DNA from: Balanoglossus misakiensis
Taxonomy: Eukaryota > Animalia > Hemichordata
Direction of reading: 5' to 3'
Assembly: GCA_040954595.2 (NCBI GenBank)
Contig: CM082591.2
Location: 6,578,695 to 6,642,694, forward strand
Length of the DNA: 64,000 bases
Part shown: piece after piece, positions 40,816-53,160 of the stretch
How positions within the stretch are numbered: the stretch's first letter is position 1
Layout of the letters: each line of letters begins with the position of its first letter
The notes under the pieces: model-generated
Database searches by the model: none
Told to the model about the DNA's origin: nothing
What the model saw: only the letters and a program-made list of their open reading frames with translations
Position numbers and translations under genes: made by a program

Positions 40816-43800
40816 TGCTCATTATACGACATTCACAAACATGTACGAGCAAGTTAGAATGAACATTGTTCATATAACATGGTATAATAATGCGAAGAAA
40901 AGCTTTTTCCTTTCAGGAGCTGCATGTGCCGGATACATGAATACTGGCCACTGATTTTTAGTCCAGCTAGAATGAGCGTTATAATATGTTTATATAATGT
41001 GTTATAATAAATAATGCAAAGAAAAGCTTCTTCCTTTCAAGTAGTGAACGGGCCGGATACATGATCAACGGCCATTGATATTTAATTATTGTCATCGAAT
41101 TTGATGGAACAATGCTGAATGGCAAACACTTTGTATAAATGCAAAGCAATTTTTTCCCATTCATATACATTATCTGTACAAAATTGTTACAAGACCCAAG
41201 TGTTCATACATTTTTATGCAAAGTGTCCGTCACATGGTTTAAATTCAGAAAGGTGAGGATTTATTGTACATTTCCAACCATAAGCTTATTTTTAAATCCG
41301 GGTAACTGGAGTACGATGGAGACAAAATCTGAGTTGACCCAATTTTGTCCACCAACTTTTGCTACGCAAGCGACACCATATTACTCTATTCACAGTGCAT
41401 GTAACAGATTAATGAGCGAACAAACGTGTGAATAAAATCACTACCTCCACCTTTCGGGCGCAAATTATTAAATAATAACACATGTTTAGTGGGGGCAATA
41501 TCATGATCTTAAGCCTGTTCGAGGGATGGTGATCTCTGACCATAATATTGATGAAGTCCGAGCATCATGTGTTATTAATTTTTTTACACCGAACATTTCA
41601 CCATACATACAGCATAGAGGGTTGCGTCCATGTCACATGACGTACCTTGCAGTCAACTAAAATGTCTCGCTGTACTTCGAAATCAAATAATTTTGCGGAA
41701 ACTGCGCTGTTCGTTGCGATTGTGGTGTATTTACTGTCCGTTTGCAGTAAAATATCGTCCAGTTGAACAGGTGTTAATCCTGTATGTCGCTTTGAAGCCA
41801 TAGATGAGGGAGTTGACTGATCGTGAAGGAAGCCATTGAACGACAGTTTGTTATGCGCAGAAGACGCGCAGAACCTAAAACCTGTTCTCAGCGGGCAAAA
41901 AACTCTCACCGCGCGCGTATCCCCGCCCCGTAGCCCCTACCTACGGGCCATAGACTCTGTCAACTGTTTTTCAATTTAAAAGGACAATAATCTAAATTTG
42001 ATTTTAGCAAAATATGAGAAACGATTACAACTTTTATTTTCAAGAAGCATTGTACTTTAAAATTAAAAAAAAAAACATGAAAAGTGTTCACTGAAGTATA
42101 ATGTTTAATGATTTCTCAAGATATCTACATCTGGTTATACTCTAAAACAACGTTTCCAATTGAAATACAATCCACATTTCTTGAAGTAAAGATATAAGAT
42201 TCAATGCCCACTTTTATTCAAAGAACGTGCAAATTATAACAAAGAAATACTTATCGGCCAGATTTTCTATTTTATATTTATATCGTGGGTAGTATTTTAA
42301 GCCTAAACCGGTACAGTTATTTATTCATGTTACAATGTTAAAAAATGATCATTAAGAATTTTCATAATTTTACCAATGTATTATAATTTACATATCAAGA
42401 ATAGTTGCATTGTAAGATATATATGAGATATGAGAAAGTAGGTCAAGGGTCATCTCAAAGTCACCCAAACTTTACTCCAAAATTTGATCCCTTGCTGATC
42501 CCTGGCAAACAAGAACCAGACCTCTATAGCCTTATTGGCCAGCCTGAAATAGGTATTTCCCTAAACTCTCCTTTTTGGCGGAAATACAGCGCCCCCTGAG
42601 AGAGTATGGGTCACCGTGACTGGAGAAGAATCGAATTTTTTCAGACAACCTAATATGGCCGACAAGTCACGTGACGACTTAAACATTCAAGGGTCAGGTG
42701 TACTGCTACTCAATGTCTCCGGCCAAAGTTTGAGAGGCGAAGGTGCAGCAGTTTTCCAGTCCAGGTGAGCAAAAAACATAATTTGATAAAGAAAAAGCGG
42801 AATTGAATGAGTTGAAAGAAAGACAGAAAAAAAACAATGAAACAAAATAATCCTGGCTTGGCTTGGGCTTCTAATGAAGAACTATATCAATACTAATAGG
42901 GCCCATCGGCCAAAGGTCTTGAGCCGCCAAAATGCAAAGTACAAGACAGTTTAATACAGTTTAATACAGTTTAATACAGTTTAATTCAGTTTAATACAGT
43001 TTAATACAATACAATACAATACAATACAATACAATACAATACAATACAATGCAATGCAATGCAATGCAATGCAATGCAATGCAATACAATACAATACAAT
43101 ACAATACAATACAATACAATACAATACAATACAATACAATACAATACAATACAATACAATACAATACAATACAATACAATATCATATTATACAAAATTTA
43201 AAATAAAAAATACATGACTACCAATCACGAAGGAAATTGTTTACCGAAGTATAATGTTTAAAGATTTGTCAAGATAACTGCACCTGGTTATATTCTAAAA
43301 CAACATTTACATTAGAAATACAATCCACATTTCTTGAAGAAAAAATATCAGATTCAAGGCCCACTTTTATTCAATGGACGTGCAAACAAAGAAATACTTA
43401 TCGGCCACATTTTGGAGTTTTTATTTATATCGTTGTTAGGAATACTAGCATTTTTACGCCTTAACCATTAATGTAGTTCTTAATTCATGGTAAAATGTTA
43501 AAAATGTTAAGAACTTTCATAATGTTACCAATTTCATATATATTTTAAATATCAAGAATATTTGTATTGTAAAAACGTTTCTGGGAAATAATATGGCGAA
43601 ATATTTATCTGCAGAATTATACAAACACATTTATAGAAACGATATATCTTGTACTGCAAAGTACAAGAGAGAAAACAATTAAAAAAATTAATAAATGGTA
43701 GAGATCGATTATTCATTTTGGCAAGTCGGTTACTCACATGTCTACAAACGGGATTGAAGTTGTGTACGGTTGAACGGTCATTTACTACATATACACATGT

Positions 43801-43856
43801 ACATTAACATAAACGGTGTCTTGTATAATTAATGGAAAGAGAGAGCCTTTTCCCCT

Positions 43857-45365
43857 TTAAACTAATGGAATGCTTTCAAACATCCTTTTAATTTCCTCCG
43901 CGTATAACATTGCCGTACCACGTCTATGCATGTCACTATTTGTATCGTACTGTACCGACACAAACAGTTTGCCACTTAAGCTTCCGAATACTATGCGGAA
44001 AGTGCTTAGGAATGCGCCCCTTGCCCCGGCATAGAATTTCTCAACACTGACTTTGCGGTCATTGTGACATTCCAGAAAAGTAAGCCGTCCTAAATTAGAT
44101 ATGTATAAGAGATCCTTAATTGTATGGTTTTGTTGTTTAGCAAGCTGGATAAATTCCCTAGTTCTGTCATACTGGAATTCTGTTAACTGTGATATTGGTG
44201 GTGGACCCGATGATCTATCGTCTAGATTTTCTTTTAGTCGCCTTGCCAGTTTCCAGAAATATTCATCCCCAATGGAGACTTGATTTACATTTGCCTTAAT
44301 GTGTTCTGTGGTGTTGTAAAGACCCAAATCTGTAATATTTTCTCTGAAATGCTTTCGCAATGTGCGGGCAACATCCAACTTAACATCCATGGGTTTTCCA
44401 TCATTAACTATTTTAGCAAAAGCAGATGAAAACAATGCTAATAATGTAGAATTGAGATTAACTTTGTGTTGTCTTGTCAGTTGCTTCAATTTTGACAGCA
44501 AGGTCTCAGATATCTCAAAATTTATATGTTTTGTTTCGACATTCGTGTCATAATCATCAGAAGTATCTGAAAAGCATAATGGCTGTGCCGATTCCACCAG
44601 CATTTTATTGCTGTTTTTCTCAGTTACACTTATAGTCTCTGGTGTTGCAATCAAATCCTGAGCTGGTCGAGGAAACGGTACGCTCTGAACTCTTTCCTGA
44701 GTGTTTGTCTCAAAGGATCCGTCCACAATGTCATTGATATTTTCCACGAATAGACTCACATAGTTACTGGCGTCAACACCATCTGCAAGTGCATGGTGAA
44801 ACTGAAACGTCATAGCAGCCTTGTACGATTCACGATCGCCAGTGTCGCTCTTTGTCCACTTTCCTTGTAAGATTGTACAGTTCCACAAAGGGCCTTGCAG
44901 GCGGTTGATGGCATTGCTTCCAGATCGAGACATGGCAGCTCCCACGTCGTCGTTCACGGTTAGACTCGAAACACGAAGATCAACGCTTCCGCCGTTTGTC
45001 ATCTCTGCGAAACACCTGTCAGTTTCTCTGCCGTCTGCATCGCGCAAAACAATAACTCTTGATCTCAACGCACTATGTTTCTTACGTAGGTTATCAAGTG
45101 CATTGTGAACAATGTCCTTCGTAATTTCAACTTTGCAATTCAATTGCAAGTGCATTACAATGGGCCAGAGACGGTATTCCGACAAGACGTCGTACATACG
45201 TTCGGGCGCGTTCATTTTCCGGAAATATGGCGCCAGTGCTGTACGATCATTTGTGCCCTGTGAAGTGATGAATCGCGGTATTTGCATGGCCGGTGCCAAG
45301 TTCCCATGTCTTACAAGCACTGGGGCTTTGGTGGTTGCCTGAGCACGTAGAATGGCAAGGAACAT
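43857..45365 (-). CDS. Condensation-domain/alcohol acetyltransferase-like acyltransferase copy 2 (502 aa)
   Basis: FHHALADG, GPLW and YISNLG; paralogue of 35261-36772. Confidence 0.82.
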   Translation of the reverse strand: MFLAILRAQATTKAPVLVRHGNLAPAMQIPRFITSQGTNDRTALAPYFRKMNAPERMYDVLSEYRLWPIVMHLQLNCKVEITKDIVHNALDNLRKKHSALRSRVIVLRDADGRETDRCFAEMTNGGSVDLRVSSLTVNDDVGAAMSRSGSNAINRLQGPLWNCTILQGKWTKSDTGDRESYKAAMTFQFHHALADGVDASNYVSLFVENINDIVDGSFETNTQERVQSVPFPRPAQDLIATPETISVTEKNSNKMLVESAQPLCFSDTSDDYDTNVETKHINFEISETLLSKLKQLTRQHKVNLNSTLLALFSSAFAKIVNDGKPMDVKLDVARTLRKHFRENITDLGLYNTTEHIKANVNQVSIGDEYFWKLARRLKENLDDRSSGPPPISQLTEFQYDRTREFIQLAKQQNHTIKDLLYISNLGRLTFLECHNDRKVSVEKFYAGARGAFLSTFRIVFGSLSGKLFVSVQYDTNSDMHRRGTAMLYAEEIKRMFESIPLV

Positions 45366-48300
45366 TTTTGTCTTATTTCTTTACTGTATATGGCTTGGTG
45401 ACTGTGCTGGCGATAAACCGAGGGCCGATAATGTGACAGTCGCAATGCCGATGAAAGTGAAAAAAATCGTCCTAGGGAAAGAATATAGGCAGAAGGACAC
45501 ATTTATTAACAATGAAATAATTTCATCAATATGGTATTCGTATATGTAGCTTTTGCACTTCAAATATTAGCTTTCATCTGTCGGAGAACTTTTATTTGAA
45601 CAATTATAGTTTTTATAATATGCCTCATGCTAATACTGTGTCGTGATTCGCCAGAATCCGTCACGTGATAGGATAATAGAATCGACTATGAATCCCTTGG
45701 GAAATATCATAAACATTATAAACCGTTCACGTGACCAACGTTGAGTTCACAGTCTCAGAAACATAAACTGTTAGCATGAGGTTTATTATAAAACACTATG
45801 GCCTGGCCTTTATTCGGGCCATAGCAGCCGTTTTTACCCACTTGTGACTGTGAGTTACCAGAATCATATGCTATTTAACTCTGCCTACGGCCTCCGGAAA
45901 TAGCATGTGATTCTGGTAACTCACAGCCCCTCGGGAGTAATAAACGGCTGCTATGGCCCTCATGGCCGGGCAATAGGTGTTCAATATATACAACTTTGCG
46001 TCTCTATGCGGATTCTGATGGAGATTACTTTCAACCAATCAGGCACTTCCTTTACTATGCCCAATCACATTTCAGTTCGCCCTCTCAAATGTTGCTATTT
46101 GTGCTTGTTATTACGTTCGCCTTGTGTTGATTTGCAACTTTTGGAATTTTTCCGCCTGTTGGATTCTAACGGTTGATTTGTAAACATTGCTTGTCTTTGG
46201 CAATAAACGTGATTTTTACATTGTACGTTTTCCCTGTCCGAGTCAGACTATTTAAGCAAGCGGGTAGATCGTCTTCTTTTATCCTTTGTTGATAAACATT
46301 GTTTTTTGCCTACAATGCACCCGTTTCCATGTGTGCGAGCAAGATTCGAGATGGATGCGGCTGAATGTTTTTTTCCCCACTAAAAGTTCAAAAGGGGCCA
46401 TTGTACAAGTTGTGAGGTGTTATGGGGCCGATTCGTTCTGCCGTATGAATGAGGTGTGCTCGGTAAGGGTGGTCGATACGGGTTTTGTTTTGCAGACGGA
46501 AGTTCTAGTCGAAACTACTACGCAACAGATCGGTTGGGAATCGCCCGCTTTATACGGGAGGCATCGGTTGTAAGACACACAGCTTGCCACACGTAGCTTG
46601 GTTTCCACAATCAGCTTGTGCTTTTTGATTATTCACGCTAAAACCGCCCACTATTGAACAATTGTGTATTTTTGACGGTGCATGCGCCTGTATTTGCGGC
46701 ACAATTTTACAATATGTACATGTATGCCCCTGTAGTACGTAGAAAATTAGCCCTGAGTTGCCGGGAGCAGGCAGGGCTAGACTGTCGACAGTCCCTCGCG
46801 TCTAATGTGTATCTTTTTTGAGGGCCGAAGGCCCGATTTGGCGTTTCGTGCGAGGCCGTAAGGCCCGAGCGACTGTTATAGCTCTCCGCGCCCTCACACG
46901 GCATTGTAGAGAAATTCAGTGGTAAAGCAACTGGCATGATTGACAGTTAATTACGTCATAAACTCGTTGACCAATCATATTGTCACGCAGTATCGGGTTA
47001 ACAAACAAACGCATGCGTGACCTGTGACACCGCGACCTTTACGCCGCCCATATGCAAATTTTACTAGGTCATTTTCTGCATGCATAATTAATATCAAGGC
47101 AAGGCTTACAAGCTATAACAGTCCCTCGGGCCTTACGGCCCTTGCACGAAACGCCTTCGGCGCTTCCCGTATCGGGCCTTCGGCCCTCAAAAAAGATACA
47201 CATAAGGCACGAGGGACTGTCGACAGTCTAACGCAGGGCTAGTACTACGAGATAAAACGGCTCAACGTCCCACACCAAAGACGGCCCCGTAACAAAGCCG
47301 ACCTCGCTACAAACTGAAAGCACCTCTTAGTATAAACCTCAGCTCAGTTCATTATAGATTTTTTAATTTTTAAACAAATTTGTTTTAGCTGGCGCACAAC
47401 ACAAAAATCATTGCTGCGCTGAGCTGCCTAAGTGACACCGACTGTGTCTTCGCCGCGGCCGAGCATGCTGGCAATTTTCGCTGCAAATGTCAGCCAATTC
47501 GTGCAGTTTTTCTCTCGGTCGATTATAATTTCTTTCCGTCCGAACACAGAATTTACTGGTAGTTTGTACAGCTTCATAAAATTTACGTCAATCGCAGTCA
47601 GCCTCCACGAGCGCGAGGACGATTACTGTACACGGCAGTTTTACTTCTATCTCCCGGGCCCAGCTTTATACAATGTGCCCGGTGTTATGCGCGCAATCTA
47701 CACTGCCGTGGAATACCTTTTTCTCGTACGCAAAGCGAAAGAACCATCTTCGTTGTAGGGAGTTATTTTTATACCAAACAGTGTAATAATCCCCAAGTAA
47801 GGCTCTAACTAGTTAGTAAGGATAAGTAGATTCTAGTTTTGTCACTTCATTACACCCCATTTGCTGACTTTTTATCTCCGCCTTGCGACACAGATTAATG
47901 TCGCCGCCATTTTGTCTGTTGTCAGGACAGAGCACTGTCTTATGGGATTGACTGTTCACTAAACGTCCGTAACCAGAGGCTTTCAGCGCTTTAAGCAACC
48001 TTGATCATCTAAATACCGCAACATCATCCTCGTGAATGGTTGCTTTTCATTTCTGTATCGATATCATGGTTTATGTACGAATCTAAATATTTGGTGTACA
48101 AAAAAATGTACCTTGATTAATTTACCCCAACAAAAACGGTGGGTTTGGAATGATGACATTTCAGACATAATTAAAACTCACGCTTATATTGCATGCGGTC
48201 GGCTATTTGGGAGTGGCACTAAGACCTTGCTCGACTCGGAAATCATTTCAAGCCACAGTCGCCTAGGCCAATATATTCTTAGACTTACACCGAAAATACT

Positions 48301-51300
48301 AAACAAAAAGTTGTATTTACCGAGAGAAAAACAGTGATTCCAAGTTAGTCTTAAGAAGTTCTACTTCTAGAACTGGTTTTGAGAGAGAACTACTTTCTGT
48401 GTTTGAGGGTATTATTGCAACTGGCGGCATGATTTTTGATGCGCTTCTGTGATCAGAACAAGCACCAGAAAAAGCCTCCCACTGACAGTCGCCCTATACC
48501 GTCGAAAGAAACGTGTGCACGGTTAACTTTAAATCTACAAAACTCGGTGCAAATTATGAATAAGTCACTTGCACCTTACCTCAATCTCGAACAGAGAAGA
48601 CTTTGGTCAACGAACCCGTTGATGAGAAAGTCGGATTGAAAATGACAACCTTTTATTTAAAATGCTCATTATACGACATTCACAAACATGTACGAGCAAG
48701 TTAGAATGAACATTGTTCATATAACATGGTATAATAATGCGAAGAAAAGCTTTTTCCTTTCAGGAGCTGCATGTGCCGGATACATGAATACTGGCCACTG
48801 ATTTTTAGTCCAGCTAGAATTAGCGTTATAATATGTTTATATAATGTGTTATAATAAATAATGCAAATAAAAGCTTCTTCCTTTCAAGTAGTGAACGGGC
48901 CGGATACACGATCAATGGCCATTGATATTTAATTATTGTCATCGAATTTGATGGAACAATGCTGAATGGCAAACACTTTGTATAAATGCAAAGCAATTTT
49001 TTCCCATTCATATACATTATCTGTACAAAATTGTTACAAGACCCAAGTGTTCATACATTTTTATGCAAAGTGTCCGTCACATGGTTTAAATTCAGAAAGG
49101 TGAGGATTTATTGTACATTTCCAACCATAAGCTTATTTTTAAATCCGGGTAACTGGAGTACGATGGAGACAAAATCTGAGTGGACCCAATTTTGTCCACC
49201 AAATTTTGCTACGCAAGCGACACCATATTACTCGATTCACAGTGCATGTAACAGATTAATGAGCGAACAAACGTGTGAATAAAATCACTACCTCCACCTT
49301 TCGGGCGCAAATTATTAAATAATAACACATGTTTAGTGAGGGCAATATCATGATCTTAAGCCTGTTCGAGGGATGGTGATCTCTGACCATAATATTGATG
49401 AAGTCCGAGCATCATGTGTTATTAATTTTATTACACCGAACATTTCACCATACATACAGCATAGAGGGTTGCGTCCATGTCACATGACGTACCTTGCAGT
49501 CAACTAAAATGTCTCGCTGTACTTCGAAATCAAATAATTTTGCGGAAACTGCGCTGTTCGTTGCGATTGTGGTGTATTTACTGTCCGTTTGCAGTAAAAT
49601 ATCGTCCAGTTGAACAGGTGTTAATCCTGTATGTCGCTTTGAAGCCATAGATGAGGGAGTTGACTGATCGTGAAGGAAGCCATTGAACGACAGTTTGTTA
49701 TGCGCAGAAGACGCGCAGAACCTAAAACCTGTTCTCAGCGGGCAAAAAACTCTCACCGCGCGCGTATCCCCGCCCCGTAGCCCCTACCTACGGGCCATAG
49801 ACTCTGTCAACTGTTTTTCAATTTAAAAGGACAATAATCTAAATTTGCTTTTAGCAAAATATGAGAAACGATTACAACTTTTATTTTCAAGAAGCATTGT
49901 ACTTTAAAATTAAAAAAAAAACATGAAAAGTGTTCACTGAAGTATAATGTTTAATGATTTCTCAAGATATCTACATCTGGTTATACTCTAAAACAACGTT
50001 TCCAATTGAAATACAATCCACATTTCTTGAAGTAAAGATATAAGATTCAATGCCCACTTTTATTCAAAGAACGTGCAAATTATAACAAAGAAATACTTAT
50101 CGGCCAGATTTTCTATTTTCTATTTATATCGTGGGTAGTATTTTAAGCCTAAACCGGTACAGTTATTTATTCATGTTACAATGTTAAAAAATGATCATTA
50201 AGAATTTTCATAATTTTACCAATGTATTATAATTTACATATCAAGAATAGTTGCATTGTAAGATATATATGAGATATGAGAAAGTAGGTCAAGGGTCATC
50301 TCAAAGTCACCCAAACTTTACTCCAAAAATTTGATCCCATGCTCATCCCTGGCAAACAAGAACCAGACCTCTATAGCCTTATTGGCCAGCCTGAAATAGG
50401 TTTTTCCCTAAACTCTCCTTTTTTTGGCGGAAATACAGCGCCCCCTGAGAGAGTATGGGTCACCGTGACTGGAGAAGAATCGAATTTTTTCAGACAACCT
50501 AATATGGCCGACAAGTCACGTGACGACTTAAACATTCAAGGGTCAGGTGTACTGCTACTCAATGTCTACGGCCAAAGTTTGAGAGGCGTAGGTGCAGCAG
50601 TTTTCCAGTCCAGGTGAGCAAAAAACAGATAATTTGATAAAGAAAATGCGGAATTGAATGAGTTGAAAGAAAGACAGAAAAAAAACCCAATGAGACAAAT
50701 AGAGGCCCAATCCTGGCTTGGCTTGGGCTTCTAATGAAGAACTATATCAATACCAATAGAGCCCATCGGCCACAGGTCTTGAGCCGCCAAAATGCAAAGT
50801 ACAAGACAGTTTACTACAGTTTACTACAGTTTAATACAGTTTAATACAGTTTAATACAATACAATACAATACAATACAATACAATACAATGCAATGCAAT
50901 GCAATGCAATGCAATGCAATGCAATACAATACAATACAATACAATACAATACAATACAATACAATACAACACAATATCATATTATACAAAATTTAAAATC
51001 AAAAACACATGAGTACCAATCACGAAGGAAATTGTTTACCGAAGTATAATGTTTAAAGATTTGTCAAGATAACTGCACCTGGTTATATTCTAAAACAACA
51101 TTTCCATTAGAAATACAATCCACATTTCTTGAAGAAAAAATATCAGATTCAATGCCCACTTTTATTCAATGGACGTGCAAACAAAGAAATACTTATCGGC
51201 CACATTTTGGAGTTTTTATTTATATCGTTGTTAGGAATACTAGCATTTTTACGCCTTAACCATTAATGTAGTTCTTAATTCATGGTAAAATGTTAAAAAT

Positions 51301-51651
51301 GTTAAGAACTTTCATAATGTTACCAATTTCATATATATTTTAAATATCAAGAATATTTGTATTGTAAAAACGTTTCTGGGAATTAATATGGCGAAATATT
51401 TATCTGCAGAATTATACAAACACATTTATAGAAACGATATACCTTGTACTGCAAAGTACAAGAGAGTAAACAACTAAAAAAATTAATAAATGGTAGAGAT
51501 CGATTATTCATTTTGGCAAGTCGGTTACTCACATGTCTACAAACGGGATTGAAGTTGTGTACGGTTGAACGGTCATTTACTACGTATACACATGTACATT
51601 AATATGAACGGTGTCTTGTATAATTAATGGAAAGAGAGAGCCTTTTCCCCT

Positions 51652-53160
51652 TTAAACTAATGAAATGCTTTCAAACATCCTTTTAATTTCCTCTGCGTAT
51701 AACATTGCCGTACCACGTCTATGCATGTCACTATTTGTATCGTATTGTAACGACACCAAAAGTTTGCCACTTAAGCCTGATATTACTATCATGAGAGTGT
51801 TTAAGAATGTACCCCTCGTCCCTATACAGATTTTCTCAACACTGACTTTGCGCCCATTGTGACATTCCAGAAAAGTAAGTTGTCCTAAATTAGATATGTA
51901 TAAGACATCTTTAATTGAATTGTTTTGCTGTTTAGCCAGCTGGATTAATTTCATAGTGTTGTCATACTGGAATTCTGTTAACTGTGATATTGGTGGTGGA
52001 CCCGATGATCTATCGTCAAGATTTTCTTTAAGCCGCCTTGCCAGTTTCCAGAAGTATTCATCCCCAATGGAGACTTGATTTACATTTGCCGTAATGTGTT
52101 CTGTAGTGTTGTAAAGACCCAAATCTGTAATATTTTCCTTGAAATGCTTTCGCAAGGTGCGGGCAACATGCAACTTAACATCCATGGGTTTTCCATCATT
52201 AACTATTTTAGCAAAAACAGATGAAAACAATGCTAATAATGTAGAATTGAGATTAACTTTGCGTTGTCTTGTCAGTTGCTTCAATTTTGACAGCAAGGTC
52301 TCGGATATCTCAAAATTGATATGTTTTGTTTCGACATTCGTGTCATAATCATCAGAAGTATCTGAAAAGCATAATGGCGGTGCCGATTCCACCAGCATTT
52401 TATTGCTGTCTTTCTCAGTTTCACTTATAGTCTTTGGTGTTGCAATCAAATCCTGAGCTGCTCGAGGAAACGGTTCTCTCTGAACTCTTTCCTGAGTGTT
52501 TGTCTCAAAGGATCCGTCCACAATGTCATTGATATTTTCCACGAATTGACCCACATAGTTACTGGCGTCAACACCATCTGCAAGTGAATGGTGAAACTGA
52601 AACGTCATAGCAGCCTTGTACGACTCACGATCGCCAGTGTCGCTCTTTGTCCACTTTCCTTGTAAGATTGTACAGTTCCACAAAGGGCCTTGGAGGCGGT
52701 TGATGGCATTGCTTCCAGATCGAGACATGGCAGCTCCCACGTCGTCGTTCACGGTTAGACCTGAAACACGAAGATCAACGCTTCCGCCGTTTGTCATCTC
52801 TGCGAAACACCTGTCAGTTTCTCTGCCGTCTGCATCGCGCAAAATAATAACTCTTGAACTCAACGCACTATGTTTCTTACGTAGGTTATCAAGTGCATTG
52901 TGAACAATGTCCTTCGTAATTTCAACTTTGCAATTCAATTGCAAGTATATTACAATGGGCCAGAGACGGTATTCCGACAAGACGTCGAACATACGTTCGG
53001 GCGCGTTCATTTTCCGGAAATATGGCGCCAGTGCTGTACGATCATCTGTGCCCTGTGAAGTGATGAATCGTGGTATTTGCATGGCCGGTACCAAGTTCCC
53101 ACGTCTTACAAGCACTGAGGCTTTGGCCATTGCCTGAGCACGAAGAATGGCAAGGAACAT
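51652..53160 (-). CDS. Condensation-domain/alcohol acetyltransferase-like acyltransferase copy 3 (502 aa)
   Basis: FHHSLADG, GPLW and YISNLG; paralogue of the two copies above. Confidence 0.82.
   Translation of the reverse strand: MFLAILRAQAMAKASVLVRRGNLVPAMQIPRFITSQGTDDRTALAPYFRKMNAPERMFDVLSEYRLWPIVIYLQLNCKVEITKDIVHNALDNLRKKHSALSSRVIILRDADGRETDRCFAEMTNGGSVDLRVSGLTVNDDVGAAMSRSGSNAINRLQGPLWNCTILQGKWTKSDTGDRESYKAAMTFQFHHSLADGVDASNYVGQFVENINDIVDGSFETNTQERVQREPFPRAAQDLIATPKTISETEKDSNKMLVESAPPLCFSDTSDDYDTNVETKHINFEISETLLSKLKQLTRQRKVNLNSTLLALFSSVFAKIVNDGKPMDVKLHVARTLRKHFKENITDLGLYNTTEHITANVNQVSIGDEYFWKLARRLKENLDDRSSGPPPISQLTEFQYDNTMKLIQLAKQQNNSIKDVLYISNLGQLTFLECHNGRKVSVEKICIGTRGTFLNTLMIVISGLSGKLLVSLQYDTNSDMHRRGTAMLYAEEIKRMFESISLV

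Noticed and set aside
35261-53160. NRPS gene or bacterial contamination
   Set aside because: There are no adenylation or carrier domains, and the genes are embedded among animal microsatellites, MITEs, a LINE and spliced genes.
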